Assembly (NCBI GenBank): GCA_964016885.1
Contig: OZ024755.1
Coordinates: forward strand, 19,034,001-19,098,000
DNA from: Eledone cirrhosa
Taxonomy: Eukaryota
Direction: 5' to 3'
DNA: 64,000 nucleotides
Shown here: positions 41,530 to 53,400 of the stretch, piece by piece
Numbering within the stretch: the first letter of the stretch is position 1
Layout of the letters: every line of letters begins with the position of its first letter
The notes under the pieces: model-generated
What the model saw: only the letters and a program-made list of their open reading frames with translations
The model's database searches: none
Told to the model about the DNA's origin: nothing
Program-made: the position numbers and the translations under genes

Positions 41530-41790
41530 TAGAAGGAGAAGGAGAGAAAGAGAGAGAGAGATAGAAGGAGAAGGAGAGAGAGAGATAGAAGGAGAGAGAG
41601 AGAGAGATAGAAGGAGACTGAGAGAGAGAGAGATAGGAGAGAGAGAGATAGGAGACTGAGAGAGAGAGAGATAGGAGAGAGAGAGATAGGAGACTGAGAG
41701 AGAGAGAGATAGGAGAGAGAGAGAGAGAGATAGAATGAGAGAGAGAGAGAAGAAGACTGAGAGAGATAGAGATAAGAGACTGATAGAGAG
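40703..41790. repeat. Compound microsatellite region: (CA/TACA)n 40703-41079, then a GA-rich polypurine tract ~41310-41790
   Basis: Directly visible. Confidence 0.9.
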
Positions 41791-42169
41791 CACCATTAGC
41801 AGAGAAGATTTTAGAACATCTGCCCAGCCACTCCCATAAATTCTAAAAAAACAAAAATTAAATCTTTAAATGTTTAAAAAAATTGTAGCATCCATATAAC
41901 AGACAGATAAAATGACTGTACATCATCACCATCATCATCACCGTTTTACGTCCGCTCTTCCACGCTAGCATGGGTTAGACGGGTTGTCCTGTTGTGGGCA
42001 GACCTGGTCTTGCTCATACGGGAACTGATTCTGGCTTGATTTCTACAGCTGGATGCCCTTCCTAACCCCAACCTCATTTACAGTGAGTGCTGGGTGCTTT
42101 TTTTTCCATGACGCCTACGCGTCCACTTTACAGTGTGGGCTGGGTGCTTTTTTATCATCACCAAATATA

Positions 42170-42500
42170 TTTAGTGGTTAGAGCATTGGTCTTGCAATCG
42201 AAAGGTTGTGAGTTCAATTCTCAGACCGGGTGATGTGTTGTTTCCTTGAGCAAGACACTTTATTTCACATTGCTCCAGCCAGTTTACTCAGCTGTAGAAA
42301 TGAGATGATAGGGACTGGGTTCCCTATCATTCCACTGTAAAGTGGTCGTGGAGGTGCCACGGCAAAAAAGCACCCAGCACTCACTGTAAATGAGGTTGGT
42401 GTTAGGAAGGGCATCCAGCTGTAGAAATCAAGCCAGAATCAGTTCCCGTCCCACCCTTGCAAGCAGGGAAGAAGCGGACGTAAAATGAAATGATGAAATG
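42170..42500 (+). mobile_element. Modular SINE: tRNA-like head, CORE-like middle, RTE-derived tail
   Basis: B-box gagttcaattct; middle ccttgagcaagacacttta; tail cccgtcccacccttgcaagcaggg matches the LINE 3' end at 23914-23938. Other approximate copies: 6655-6970(-), 18040-18300(-). Confidence 0.8.
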
Positions 42501-44228
42501 ATATATATATATATATATATATACATATAATGTAAAGAACTGTTACAAATACCACAAGGCATTATCTCCTCAGACCACCAATCTACCCTAATTTTTTAAG
42601 AATATTTATTCTTATTTTAATGTCTTTATGTTATCTTCTTTAGCAGCCAAAAGCTGCGTGGTCATTGAAATAGAGTTATTTCATTCAGGTTTTATGATAA
42701 GAATTTTACAGAAGCATGCCAGTACTTATTTAACTAAGACATGCAATTGGTACTGATTCCCTGTTAGAAAGTGAACTAAACAGAAGCAGTTACAGCAATC
42801 AGTTTGAGGAAAGCAGTCATCTCAAAAACCATTGATAAAAATTCATGTGTTGATAGCAGAAAACATTTTTTTAAAAATTATGCATTCAATTTACCTGCCT
42901 TTGGAAGATAAATTAACTTAAAAGTTAATTAGCACTTCTAAGACACACAACTATCAGATAAGATGCTTAACTCTTTTGATACCAAACTGCCTGTAACCGC
43001 CTCAAAATTCTACATCTCAAAGCTACTTAACTTTACTTTAAAGTGTTTATATTTATCTAAAAGCCTTCCTTACATTTAAAATTTTATGTAAGAACCTTTG
43101 TTAAGTTATGATTCAAACATTACCTTAATAATGAGAAAGTTAGTTTTATTACTAAATCCTCCAAATTCTTTATTTTCAAAATTTGCTTTTGAAATTATAG
43201 GCATGAGAAATATAAGGAAAGAGTTAAATATTCATTAGTCCAACAATTCACATATTTAAAGCTTCTACTTCTATTTCTAAGTTTTCAGCAAAATTCCACA
43301 TGTTAAAGTGTAACAGAGCTGTTATATCAAAACAGTTTTTTTTAATGAAACTTAATAACAAGAGAAAATTGTTCAAATATAGCATATTACCAATTTTGAT
43401 GTTTATTTTATCTATTACTTAGTTTCATTGCATATTTCAACAAAATTCCTAGAATAATCTAAAAAGTCTGTCATGACCCCAGAGGTTGACCAGGCTGGTA
43501 CTTATACTGGTTTCAGTGGCGTTAAGTGACTGAGAGTTCAAGACTTCCCGTCCATTGCAGGGCTAAGCCCCCAGCTGCTGCTGGTACTCATTTTCATCTG
43601 AGTATACTGGAGTAACATGAAATGAAGTGTTTTGCTCAAGAACACAACACACAACCTTGTCCAAGAATCAAACCCATGATATTTTGATCATAAGTCCGAG
43701 ACACTTACCACTAGGCTATGCACCTCCACATAAGATAATACCCAGAGAACATTAAAAGAATTATGAACCATATTCGACAGGAATCCCTAATTTATTGCTG
43801 TTATTATAATCAGATGCAATGATGTCTGTGTCGTAAAGGAATTTACTTTACAACCACGTGGTTTCAGCTACAGACCTTTGTAAATGTTTCTACTATAACC
43901 TTATGTTGGCCAATGCCTTGTCAGTGAAATTTGGTTGACAGAAACTGTGCAGAAGCCCATTGTAAATATATATATATGTATATATGTGTGTGTGCCTGTG
44001 GGTGTATGTGTGTATGTGTCTTTGTTTGCATCATGTAAGTTAGCAGTTCAACAAAAACAGAGCAATAAAATATGTGATGTAGCAGACTCGAAAATAGAAA
44101 TACTGTGTGTGTGTGGAGGGGGGGAGGGGGTAAGACTCAATTTGATCAGTGCCTTAGTAAGGCCACAGTTTAATGACTGAAACTAGTAGAAGAACAGAGT
44201 AATATATAATAAGTAGGGTATTTTAAAG

Positions 44229-44510
44229 GAGAGACCACAGCTCCGATACTATGGGTATGTGATGGTTAGAATGTCTCAAGAAAGAATCGCTGGACAGATT
44301 TTAAAGCCAAAAACCAACTGGCAGGAGACCCTTGGTTTGACCCTGAGCAAGATGGTTGGATCACATCCATGAGCTTGGCTGGTCACACTTGGGGATCCAG
44401 CCAGCTCAATTGGAGATGGTTACTTCTGACAGGACCCACTGGAAGGAGTATTTGAGGACTCTGCCCCCATGACCCTCTCGGGAATAAGTGGGCGAAGAAG
44501 AAGAGAAGAG
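44229..44510 (+). mobile_element. RTE-like LINE 3' end, paralog of 36343-36698
   Basis: Clear nucleotide similarity to 36428-36695; ends in (GAA)n. Confidence 0.8.
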
Positions 44511-45028
44511 TATTTGAATGAATTCTACATAAAATAGAAGCTATACAACAATTTTGAAACTTCATTCATATTAGATGCATACAACATGCTGAAGAAATAA
44601 GTAAAAATAGTTAATTCAGTGGGATTATTTTTCTGGTTTTTGGAATCACATTACTAAACTAACAATCCCTGACAAGTTCATGAAAACAAACTTGATATAC
44701 AGAAGCTGAATCTGCTCTCAGAATCTTATATCATCATATTAAGGCCACACATGCACCCCCTCCCCCATACACAAGGTGGTTTTCAAAAGATAAGTATTAT
44801 TACAGCATTGAGAAATAACAAAAAAAAAAGAACTTTAACAGTGTATGTATATATGGAGAAATGAAAAGTAATTAATTCCAGAAATTGGCTTTTGATTCCA
44901 ATCCATTCCCTTCTGTTAAAACAAAAAAAATAATAATAAATGAACCAATGATAAAATCCTCCAAAAGGTCGTTTGTTCTGCTAGAAATAGTAGCCAAAAC
45001 TCCCTCAAATCATATTTTAGTGTCTTAA

Positions 45029-45249
45029 CCCTTTAGCATTTAAACCGGTTGTATCCGGCCAAAATTCTCTTACCTCTTTCTATTCAAACTGGCCATAACT
45101 GGCCACTCATACTGATGTTAAGGTATTGTTCACAAAATAAATAATATCAAAATCTCATAGATTCGATATTATATGAGATAATTATGTGAGGTAAATCCTT
45201 TACTATGAAAATACAATAGTATATATAGAGTAATGTAAATGCTGAAGGG
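45029..45249. mobile_element. piggyBac-like MITE
   Basis: TTAA on both sides; TIRs ccctttagcattta / taaatgctgaaggg; second copy at 21560-21766. Confidence 0.8.
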
Positions 45250-46513
45250 TTAAAGATGAAAATAACTCTAGATGATGTGATTATAGTTCTTCAATAAAAA
45301 TAAACTTGATGATCACAGTTGAAATACTTTTGGTTATAGGTCTGCTCAATCCAGATTGACCTAGGGTTAACAACAAAACAATAAATAATGAAGATTATAA
45401 TGTTATGGAACCCTTTTGATACCAAAACTGGCTGAAACTACCACTTGTTAGATAACATATAACTATATTCTAAAGTGTTTATATTTATCTAAACATTTCA
45501 TGTAAGAACCTTTGCTAAGATATGTGCCACACAGCAGCTTAATAATAAGAAAGTTAATTTACAAAATTCCTTCAAATTCTTGATTACTTTCAAAATGGTA
45601 TGAAAATCAAAAAAGATAATATTGTAATGGAAGGGTATTAAAACATAATAGAATCCTTGGTTCTAAACTCAGTAGAAAAGAACAGACCTCATCAGTAATA
45701 TAGCATACCATTCTTATCTAAGTTTATCACTTAACTTACATACAAGGAACCTAAAAATACCAATAACTGCTTCCAACTAAAAGAATTTAACTAAAGAAAA
45801 ATAAAAAGATATTTCCAAACAATTACACCATTTACTAAAAAGAAACCAAATTCTATATCCCCCAAAATGGAACAAAATACAATATTATCTTTTTTGAAAC
45901 TCAGAAATATTTCAACATTAATCAAAGTGAATAGAGTATTTATTTCTGAGATTCAGAAATATTTCAACATTAATCAAGTAGATAGAGTATTTATTTCTGA
46001 GATTCAGAAATATTTTAACATTAATTAAAGTGGTTGGAATATTTTTTATTCATTTAAAAAAATATATTTGGCTAGCTATATTTCTGGTTAGTCTTTTATG
46101 GTTAAATTGTCTGGTGTAGTTTAATATGATGTACAGCAGTAGCCATTCTGTTTTTAAGGCTACACAGATTTTGAAAATGGTGTTGAATGAATGCTTTTAT
46201 GGTGAACATATTTTCCATGCTATATTTAAAATAATCACTAAACATCATCACTCTAAAACAGTGGCAAATACAAACAAAATAATAATATTTAAAAAAGAAA
46301 ACAGATTAAACATTACACTTCAAAGTGTTCACAAACAATATATGATAAATATTAAAAAGCAAAACCTAATATTGTTGAATATTAACAACAGTTACTAAGC
46401 AAGATTGGAATTGTTGTTAAAACTATATTATAAGCAGTTACAAACATCAAGCAGTGTTTAAAGGGGGTAAAAGAGTGGGGCTGTTATTAATAGGGTGTTT
46501 TGTGGTAGTAGTA

Positions 46514-46576
<63 letters not shown>

Positions 46577-46824
46577 TAGTAGCAGTACAGATACTGACTG
46601 CACCAAGATATTTCTCTCTGGTCGGTTCATCCATGTGAACCAATATTTTTCACAGCTACTGAAATGGTGAGAAGTTGACATATGCTCCCTTATTCTAAAT
46701 GTCAAAAGCTTTTGAGTGATATAATATGTAATCAGAGGACTATTGAAAGCCAAAACTATAAAATAAAAAAATGACTTATAACTAGTTGTCATTTAATACA
46801 TCTCCCTTTGCCCCACTCCCCTCG

Positions 46825-46905
46825 TATATATAGAGATATATAGATATATATATATATTCATAAATATACATATATAAATATATATATATATATTCATAAA
46901 TATAC

Positions 46906-46944
<39 letters not shown>

Positions 46945-47092
46945 TAAATATGCATAAATATATATATATATTTATTCATAAATATAAACTTATATATAAA
47001 TATAAACTTATATATAAATATATAAATATAAATATATAAATATATAAATATAAATTCATATATATATAATCATAAATATATATATTCATAAA

Positions 47093-47140
<48 letters not shown>

Positions 47141-47373
47141 TAAATATACATATATATATATATATATATTCATAAATATATATTCATAAATATACATATA
47201 TATATATATATATATTCATAAATATACATATATATATTCATAAATATACATATATAAATATATATATTTATATATATATACATAAATATACATATATAAA
47301 TATATAAATATATATATATATTTATATATATATACATAAATATACATATATAAATATATAAATATATATATAA

Positions 47374-47410
<37 letters not shown>
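46825..47410. repeat. (TA)n-derived degenerate array
   Basis: Recurring ttcataaatatacatatata. Confidence 0.9.
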
Positions 47411-47412
<2 letters not shown>

Positions 47413-47796
47413 GTTTATGTGTGTTAAAGCCATATTCAATAATACATTATTTTTTCAAGTACAGATCTAATTTGAAATACATGTATGTGTGAAGTTATTT
47501 ATTTATTTCACTTCAATAAAATAATATTTAGAATTAAATAATTAAATACTGCAAATTATGAAAACTTTGTTTTTATTATAAACATTATCATTTTAAAAAA
47601 AAACACTTCAAAACATTATTATCACAAAACTAGCCAAATTTCTTTTCTTCAATTGAAATTGAAAATTACGTGAGTTATGAGAGAAAGCAAGAGAAAATAG
47701 CAGTAAATTTGTAGTAAGCTATTTTTGTGTAATTATATGAAACAAATATTATTGAAATGTCTTGTGCCATTAAAAGAAGAGAAAGGTTTTTGATGG

Positions 47797-48217
47797 AGAT
47801 TGGTGCAATGTATCTAGAAGATGGGTGCAATATATCTAGAAGATGGGTGCAATGTATCTAGAAGATGGGTGCAATATATCTAGAAGATGGGTGCAATGTA
47901 TCTAGAAGATGGGTGCAATATATCTAGAAGATGGGTGCAATGTATCTAGAAGATGGGTGCAATGTATCTAGAAGATGGGTGCAATGTATCTAGAAGATGG
48001 GTGCAATGTATCTAGAAGATGGGTGCAATGTATCTAGAAGATGGGTGCAATATATCTAGAAGATGGGTGCAATGTATCTAGAAGATGGGTGCAATATATC
48101 TAGAAGATGGGTGCAATATATCTAGAAGATGGGTGCAATATATCTAGAAGATGGGTGCAATGTATCTAGAAGATGGGTGCAATATATCTAGAAGATGGGT
48201 GCAATGTATCTAGAAGA
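47797..48217. repeat. 22-bp minisatellite, ~19 copies (atgggtgcaatRtatctagaag)
   Basis: Directly visible; essentially one variable position. Confidence 0.97.
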
Positions 48218-48501
48218 ATATTGAGAATTGATATAAGACAAAGAGAAAATATAGACATGTTATTTCAAGTGATAAAAAAGCAACTAGTATTTTAAATACC
48301 ATGATGTAAAGTGCATAGTGAATGTTGTTACATTATATATATATATACACACACTTGTATATATATATATGTATATATATATGGGTGTATATACATATAA
48401 ATATATATGTATGCACACACATGGGTGTATATATATAAATATATGTATGTATATATATATATGTATGTATATATATATATGTATGTATATATATATGTAT
48501 G

Positions 48502-48533
<32 letters not shown>

Positions 48534-48540
48534 CATATAT

Positions 48541-48760
48541 GAAGGCGTGTGGCTGAGTGGTTAGAGAATTGGATTCGCAATCGTAAGGTTGTGAGTTCGA
48601 TTCCTGGACCAGGCGATGCGTTATGTCCTTGAGCAAGACACTTTATTTCACGTTGCTCCTTCTACCTGGAGTTGCGACCGATAGATAGTATTAGCAATTG
48701 GAAAGACCAACGGAAACATTGTTTCCTCGGTCCGATTTGACGAAAGTCGATCGTTCCTTC
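48541..48760 (+). mobile_element. tRNA-head / CORE-like SINE with a second tail type
   Basis: A-box tggctgagtgg, B-box gagttcgattcc, middle tgtccttgagcaagacacttta; inverted copy at 49529-49747. Confidence 0.85.
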
Positions 48761-49005
48761 ATATATATATATGTATATATATATATGTGTGTATATATTT
48801 ATATGTGTATGTATATATGTATATCTGTGTGTGTGTATATATATAAATATATAATATATATAATATATATATATATATACACACACACATACATACTGTA
48901 TGAGTGCCCTCTGTTTTTGGTATTTTAGCGCCAAATTTATATCAAGCGGTTATGGTGCAGTGAATCGATATTTTCTATATCGATATAAATTTATTTGTGT
49001 GTGTA

Positions 49006-49064
<59 letters not shown>

Positions 49065-49084
49065 CTTTTTTATATATACATGTG

Positions 49085-49123
<39 letters not shown>

Positions 49124-49528
49124 TTTTTAAATATATATACATGTGTATTTCCATATATATATATATATATATACACACACATGTATACACAAACACACAC
49201 TCATATACATACATATAAATTCCATACACATACACTGGCCTCTACATAGTGATATAGAGTTAAGCTGGCAGTAGAAGACCAATTAGATAAGCAAGGGAAT
49301 GGGGTAGGTAGTAGACTATAGTTGTTAGTATGTAGCTATAAGGTCAGTTAGTAAGGTGTACTCTATTGCCATTACATAATTACTGTTTCACATACATCTA
49401 TTTATCTATATCTATCTATATCTATCTATTTATATCTATCTATATATTTAAATGTATCTCAATAAAAACAATTGTGGTATTGATCAACTGATCATCTTTT
49501 AAAATACACATTATATATATATATATTT

Positions 49529-49747
49529 AAGGAACGATCGACTTTTGTCAAATCGGACCGAGGGAACAATGTTTCCGTTGGTCTTTCCAATTGCTAATAC
49601 TATCTATCGGTTGCAACTCCAGGTAGAAGGAGCAACGTGAAATAAAGTGTCTTGCTCAAGGACATAATGCATCGCCTGGTCCAGGAATCGAACTCACAAC
49701 CTTACGATTGCGAATACAATTCTCTAACCACTCAGCCACACACCTTC
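49529..49747 (-). mobile_element. SINE, inverted near-identical copy of 48541-48760
   Basis: About 6 mismatches over ~219 bp by manual comparison. Confidence 0.85.
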
Positions 49748-50228
49748 ACTATATATATATATATAGTAATAATAATAAATTTGAAGACTAAAATCCAAAG
49801 AGGGCTCGATAAGGATAAATATATATCAAATATATATGAACCGTAGAGCAAATATTTATTGAAATAACAGATTAAAGTTGAAGCAAAGAATCGCTGCTTT
49901 CACCCTTAACGGGATCTTCTGGTGAACGCAGAAGTGAATATTTCAAAAAACGTTGCAAACGGAGGATGACAGGAAGATGATACTTTGGTTCGTGGAAACG
50001 TTCCCTATACAAATAAGTAATGGTATAAACATAACATATACTTAGCTACCACATTTCATATATAAATATATAGAGAGTATATATAATATAATATAGAAAC
50101 TGTGTGTATATATATATATAATACTGAAACAAAGTCATCGAATAGGACCAATATAGCTTCAATCATTTTCCCACTTATTCAATGATTTAATTAAGTCAGT
50201 ATCATTATGAATGATACCAACCATTATT

Positions 50229-50281
<53 letters not shown>

Positions 50282-50482
50282 TGAAATGAAGATAGTTTAT
50301 TTTATTTTATCACCGGATTTATATGAAATAACATCTTTCTGTATGTAGACATGTAGGTGACAAAGGGAAATGTCACAGACCTTTTTACAGAGAAGGTGTG
50401 TGTATGTGATTTACTAAAACAGAGATCAATACATATGAGAAGTATGACAATGTTTATATATGTTTTACAATATATTACTTAC

Positions 50483-53400
50483 CCCATAAGTAGATGAATC
50501 AGCACCTCTCAATTTCTGATGCGACCCAACCTGGTAGAATTCAGACAAGGTACTCCTATCAGACCAACAAGCTCGAGCAAATTCACTGGCATCTAAATAG
50601 AAATCCATTGATGACATTAAACCATCAGGTGAATCATCATTTGAAGAGTATCCTTGTCCTTTTAATTTAATGTTGTTTTTATCTTTGGTCTGTTTTAAAT
50701 CATCATAACTTGTCTTGGTGATAGAGTCCAGGGATTCTGAGCTTTCGGATTCTGAGTTTTCATAAATAGATGATCGAATAATGTTGGCATAAACTGATCT
50801 AGATGTAGGCATATTTCTGTATGCTCTTTTCCCATCAAAATAGAGCTCATTCTCACTTTTGCTTAAATCATTATTAGATTTAGTTTGTGAAAATTGCTTC
50901 CAAGATTCATTCAATAATGTTGGTGAACCAATAATGCTGAAAATTTCATCACATAACGAACCAACTTCTCTAGGTGAAGAACTGTAAATATCTTGTTCTG
51001 ATTTTGATATATCTCTTTGATTTCCTGATAATGATTGTGTTCCTTCAGATGTGGCATATTTGTTTAAGATGTTTACAGAATGTCTTTCTTGTTTCTCCAT
51101 TATTACTTTACTTTTGTTATTTTCACTCAATTTTCGAATATTTTCTTGAGGTAAATCCATTTTTTCTTTAAGTAAATCCATTGGTTGAAGTTCAGAATCA
51201 ACAAATTTTCTTGGAGGATCAATAATTTGATCACCAGTAATTATTTTTTGATTGGGAATTTCTTTTAATACTCTTTCCATATTGAATGATGGTATATCAT
51301 TTGAATCAAGTTGCATTCCTTTGTTTGAATTTACAGGTTCAAAGTTCAAGTAAAATACATTCTCCTCAGCATCGACAGGTAAAACAACATCATATTCATC
51401 TGTAATAGGCACCCAATCCATATCACATGGTTGTGCAATGCCTGAATCTATTAATCTCCCAGTATCAACATCAACTGATAATGTATCAATATCTGATACT
51501 GCCATTGATACATTATCAAACTCAAGAAGTGGAGGTTCAAAACCTGAATCGACAAGTGGCTCACACTTCAACTCATCAATAGAAGATTGTATGCTCGGAT
51601 CATCTCTAATCGTATCTGAATCAATGGATGCTTCTTGATCACTATCTGAAGTCGGTTCTATTATTGAAGGATGAGAAATTTGCTCCAAGTTATTTTTCTG
51701 TAAATCACATGATATCTTTTCATTGTTTTTAAACTCCATGTTTGTTGAATCCATGTTTGTTGAACTAGGTGACCCCTGCATATATGAGACTTCAGGATCA
51801 TCTTGAGACAAATTATTCTTTAACTTAACAGAAGCAATGCTAACAACATTGGTATCACACATAGTTTCATCCATATCGACAAAAGGTATTTCATCCACAA
51901 TTTCAGGAGAATATGTCTTCTGTTCTGCAATAAATGGTTGCGCAGTTTCAGAGTCTGAAATTAGTTCAGCTTGTGATATATGTTTAACCTCCTCAAGTTT
52001 TCGCTCAGCCATCCCAGTGTCTCCATAATCTCTTGAGATAGTATCAAGGGTAAGAGTACTTGTCATTTCAGATGAAGGCCCATCAACAGAATCATAATTG
52101 CTTGTAATATCATCCGAAGAAGTTTTGTACACTTTTGAATTTTCATGCGCAGATTCTTCTTCAAGTGGCCTTTTAATATAGCTACAATACAATGAGGTTT
52201 CAACAAAATTTAAGGAATTTTCATTATTCTCCCAGCCCTCTTTTTCAAACATAGGGCTCTGGTTAAACAATTCTCCCTTGCAGTTAGGTGGTTTAGAAAT
52301 TACATCTAAATTACCAATTGATTCTTGCTTTAAAGTCAAAGAATTTTCTTCAGAGCTATCATCCTTTACAATCTCTGCTGAAGAATATCTCTCAGTAAAA
52401 CTATTTTCTCCATCACTGTTTGGAGTAACTGGTGTAGACTTCAAAATGTAATCCTGGTATTTTTCAGATGGAATACTTGAACCATCATCAAGGATGTATC
52501 CTCTCTTCCATTTGCCTTCATGTTTGATCCAAGATTCCTTTATTGGGGAAACTATTTCATCCGACTTTGGACTGAGGTTTTGCATTGTGTCTGCTTTTGG
52601 TATGTTTAGTGCCAAAGAAGAATTACTCCTTGAAGGGCTAATATTTTCATTAACATTCTTAGGACTAGGACAGGGACTTGTACAAAAAGCATCCAGTCTT
52701 TTAAAACTTGGTGACCGTTCTTTTCGATCAATTGAATTTTTTGAAGGAGATGGTGATTTTAAATCCTTGCTCGAAACTGATTCCTTTTGTCCACAAAGTT
52801 CAAGAATTTTCTGTTTCCTTAAATTGAGAGTTCCCTGAAGTTGCCGAAGTGTGAAATCTTGATTGGAACTATCATTGGTTTTCTTTGCTCCATCATTCTT
52901 GAGGAGAAGAAAGCCGCCATCTTCTAATTCCATTTCTTGAGAAATATCATCATCATAATTACAAATATTAACCTCCAAAGAATCAAATTGTTTCTGGTAT
53001 CCACAGTTAAAGCTATTATCATGTGTTCTTTCCATTGCTTCATTGGAGTTGATATCTGTTTCAAGTACACTTTTGTCATCTAAAACAGTATTTCCAGCCA
53101 AACTGTGTTTTGTTTGACTCTTAAAGTTATCAAGTTTCACATCAGCAGATCTAAGTTGGATATTCTCAGCTAGGGAATCAGTGTGAAAACAGGGGTCAAA
53201 CTGATGGGAATGTAAATAGGAATCCTTGTTAATCAGTTTTTCCTTACATCCAGATATTAATTGTTGATCAGGATGATCAAAATCAGCTCCCACAGAATCT
53301 GTTCTTAAATGCATATGTCCCCCCAAGTTTGAGGGTGGTACTTCATCTGATAAAATATCTGGAGCATCATCTTCACTCATTTGAGTTTGTAACTGTCTCA

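Noticed and set aside
46598-46680. Possible exon near 46.6 kb (SCEKYWFTWMNRPERNILV on minus, or an 11-nt plus-strand microexon)
   Set aside because: Begins with TAG in phase 0, the donor is weak, and signals on both strands are equally plausible by chance.
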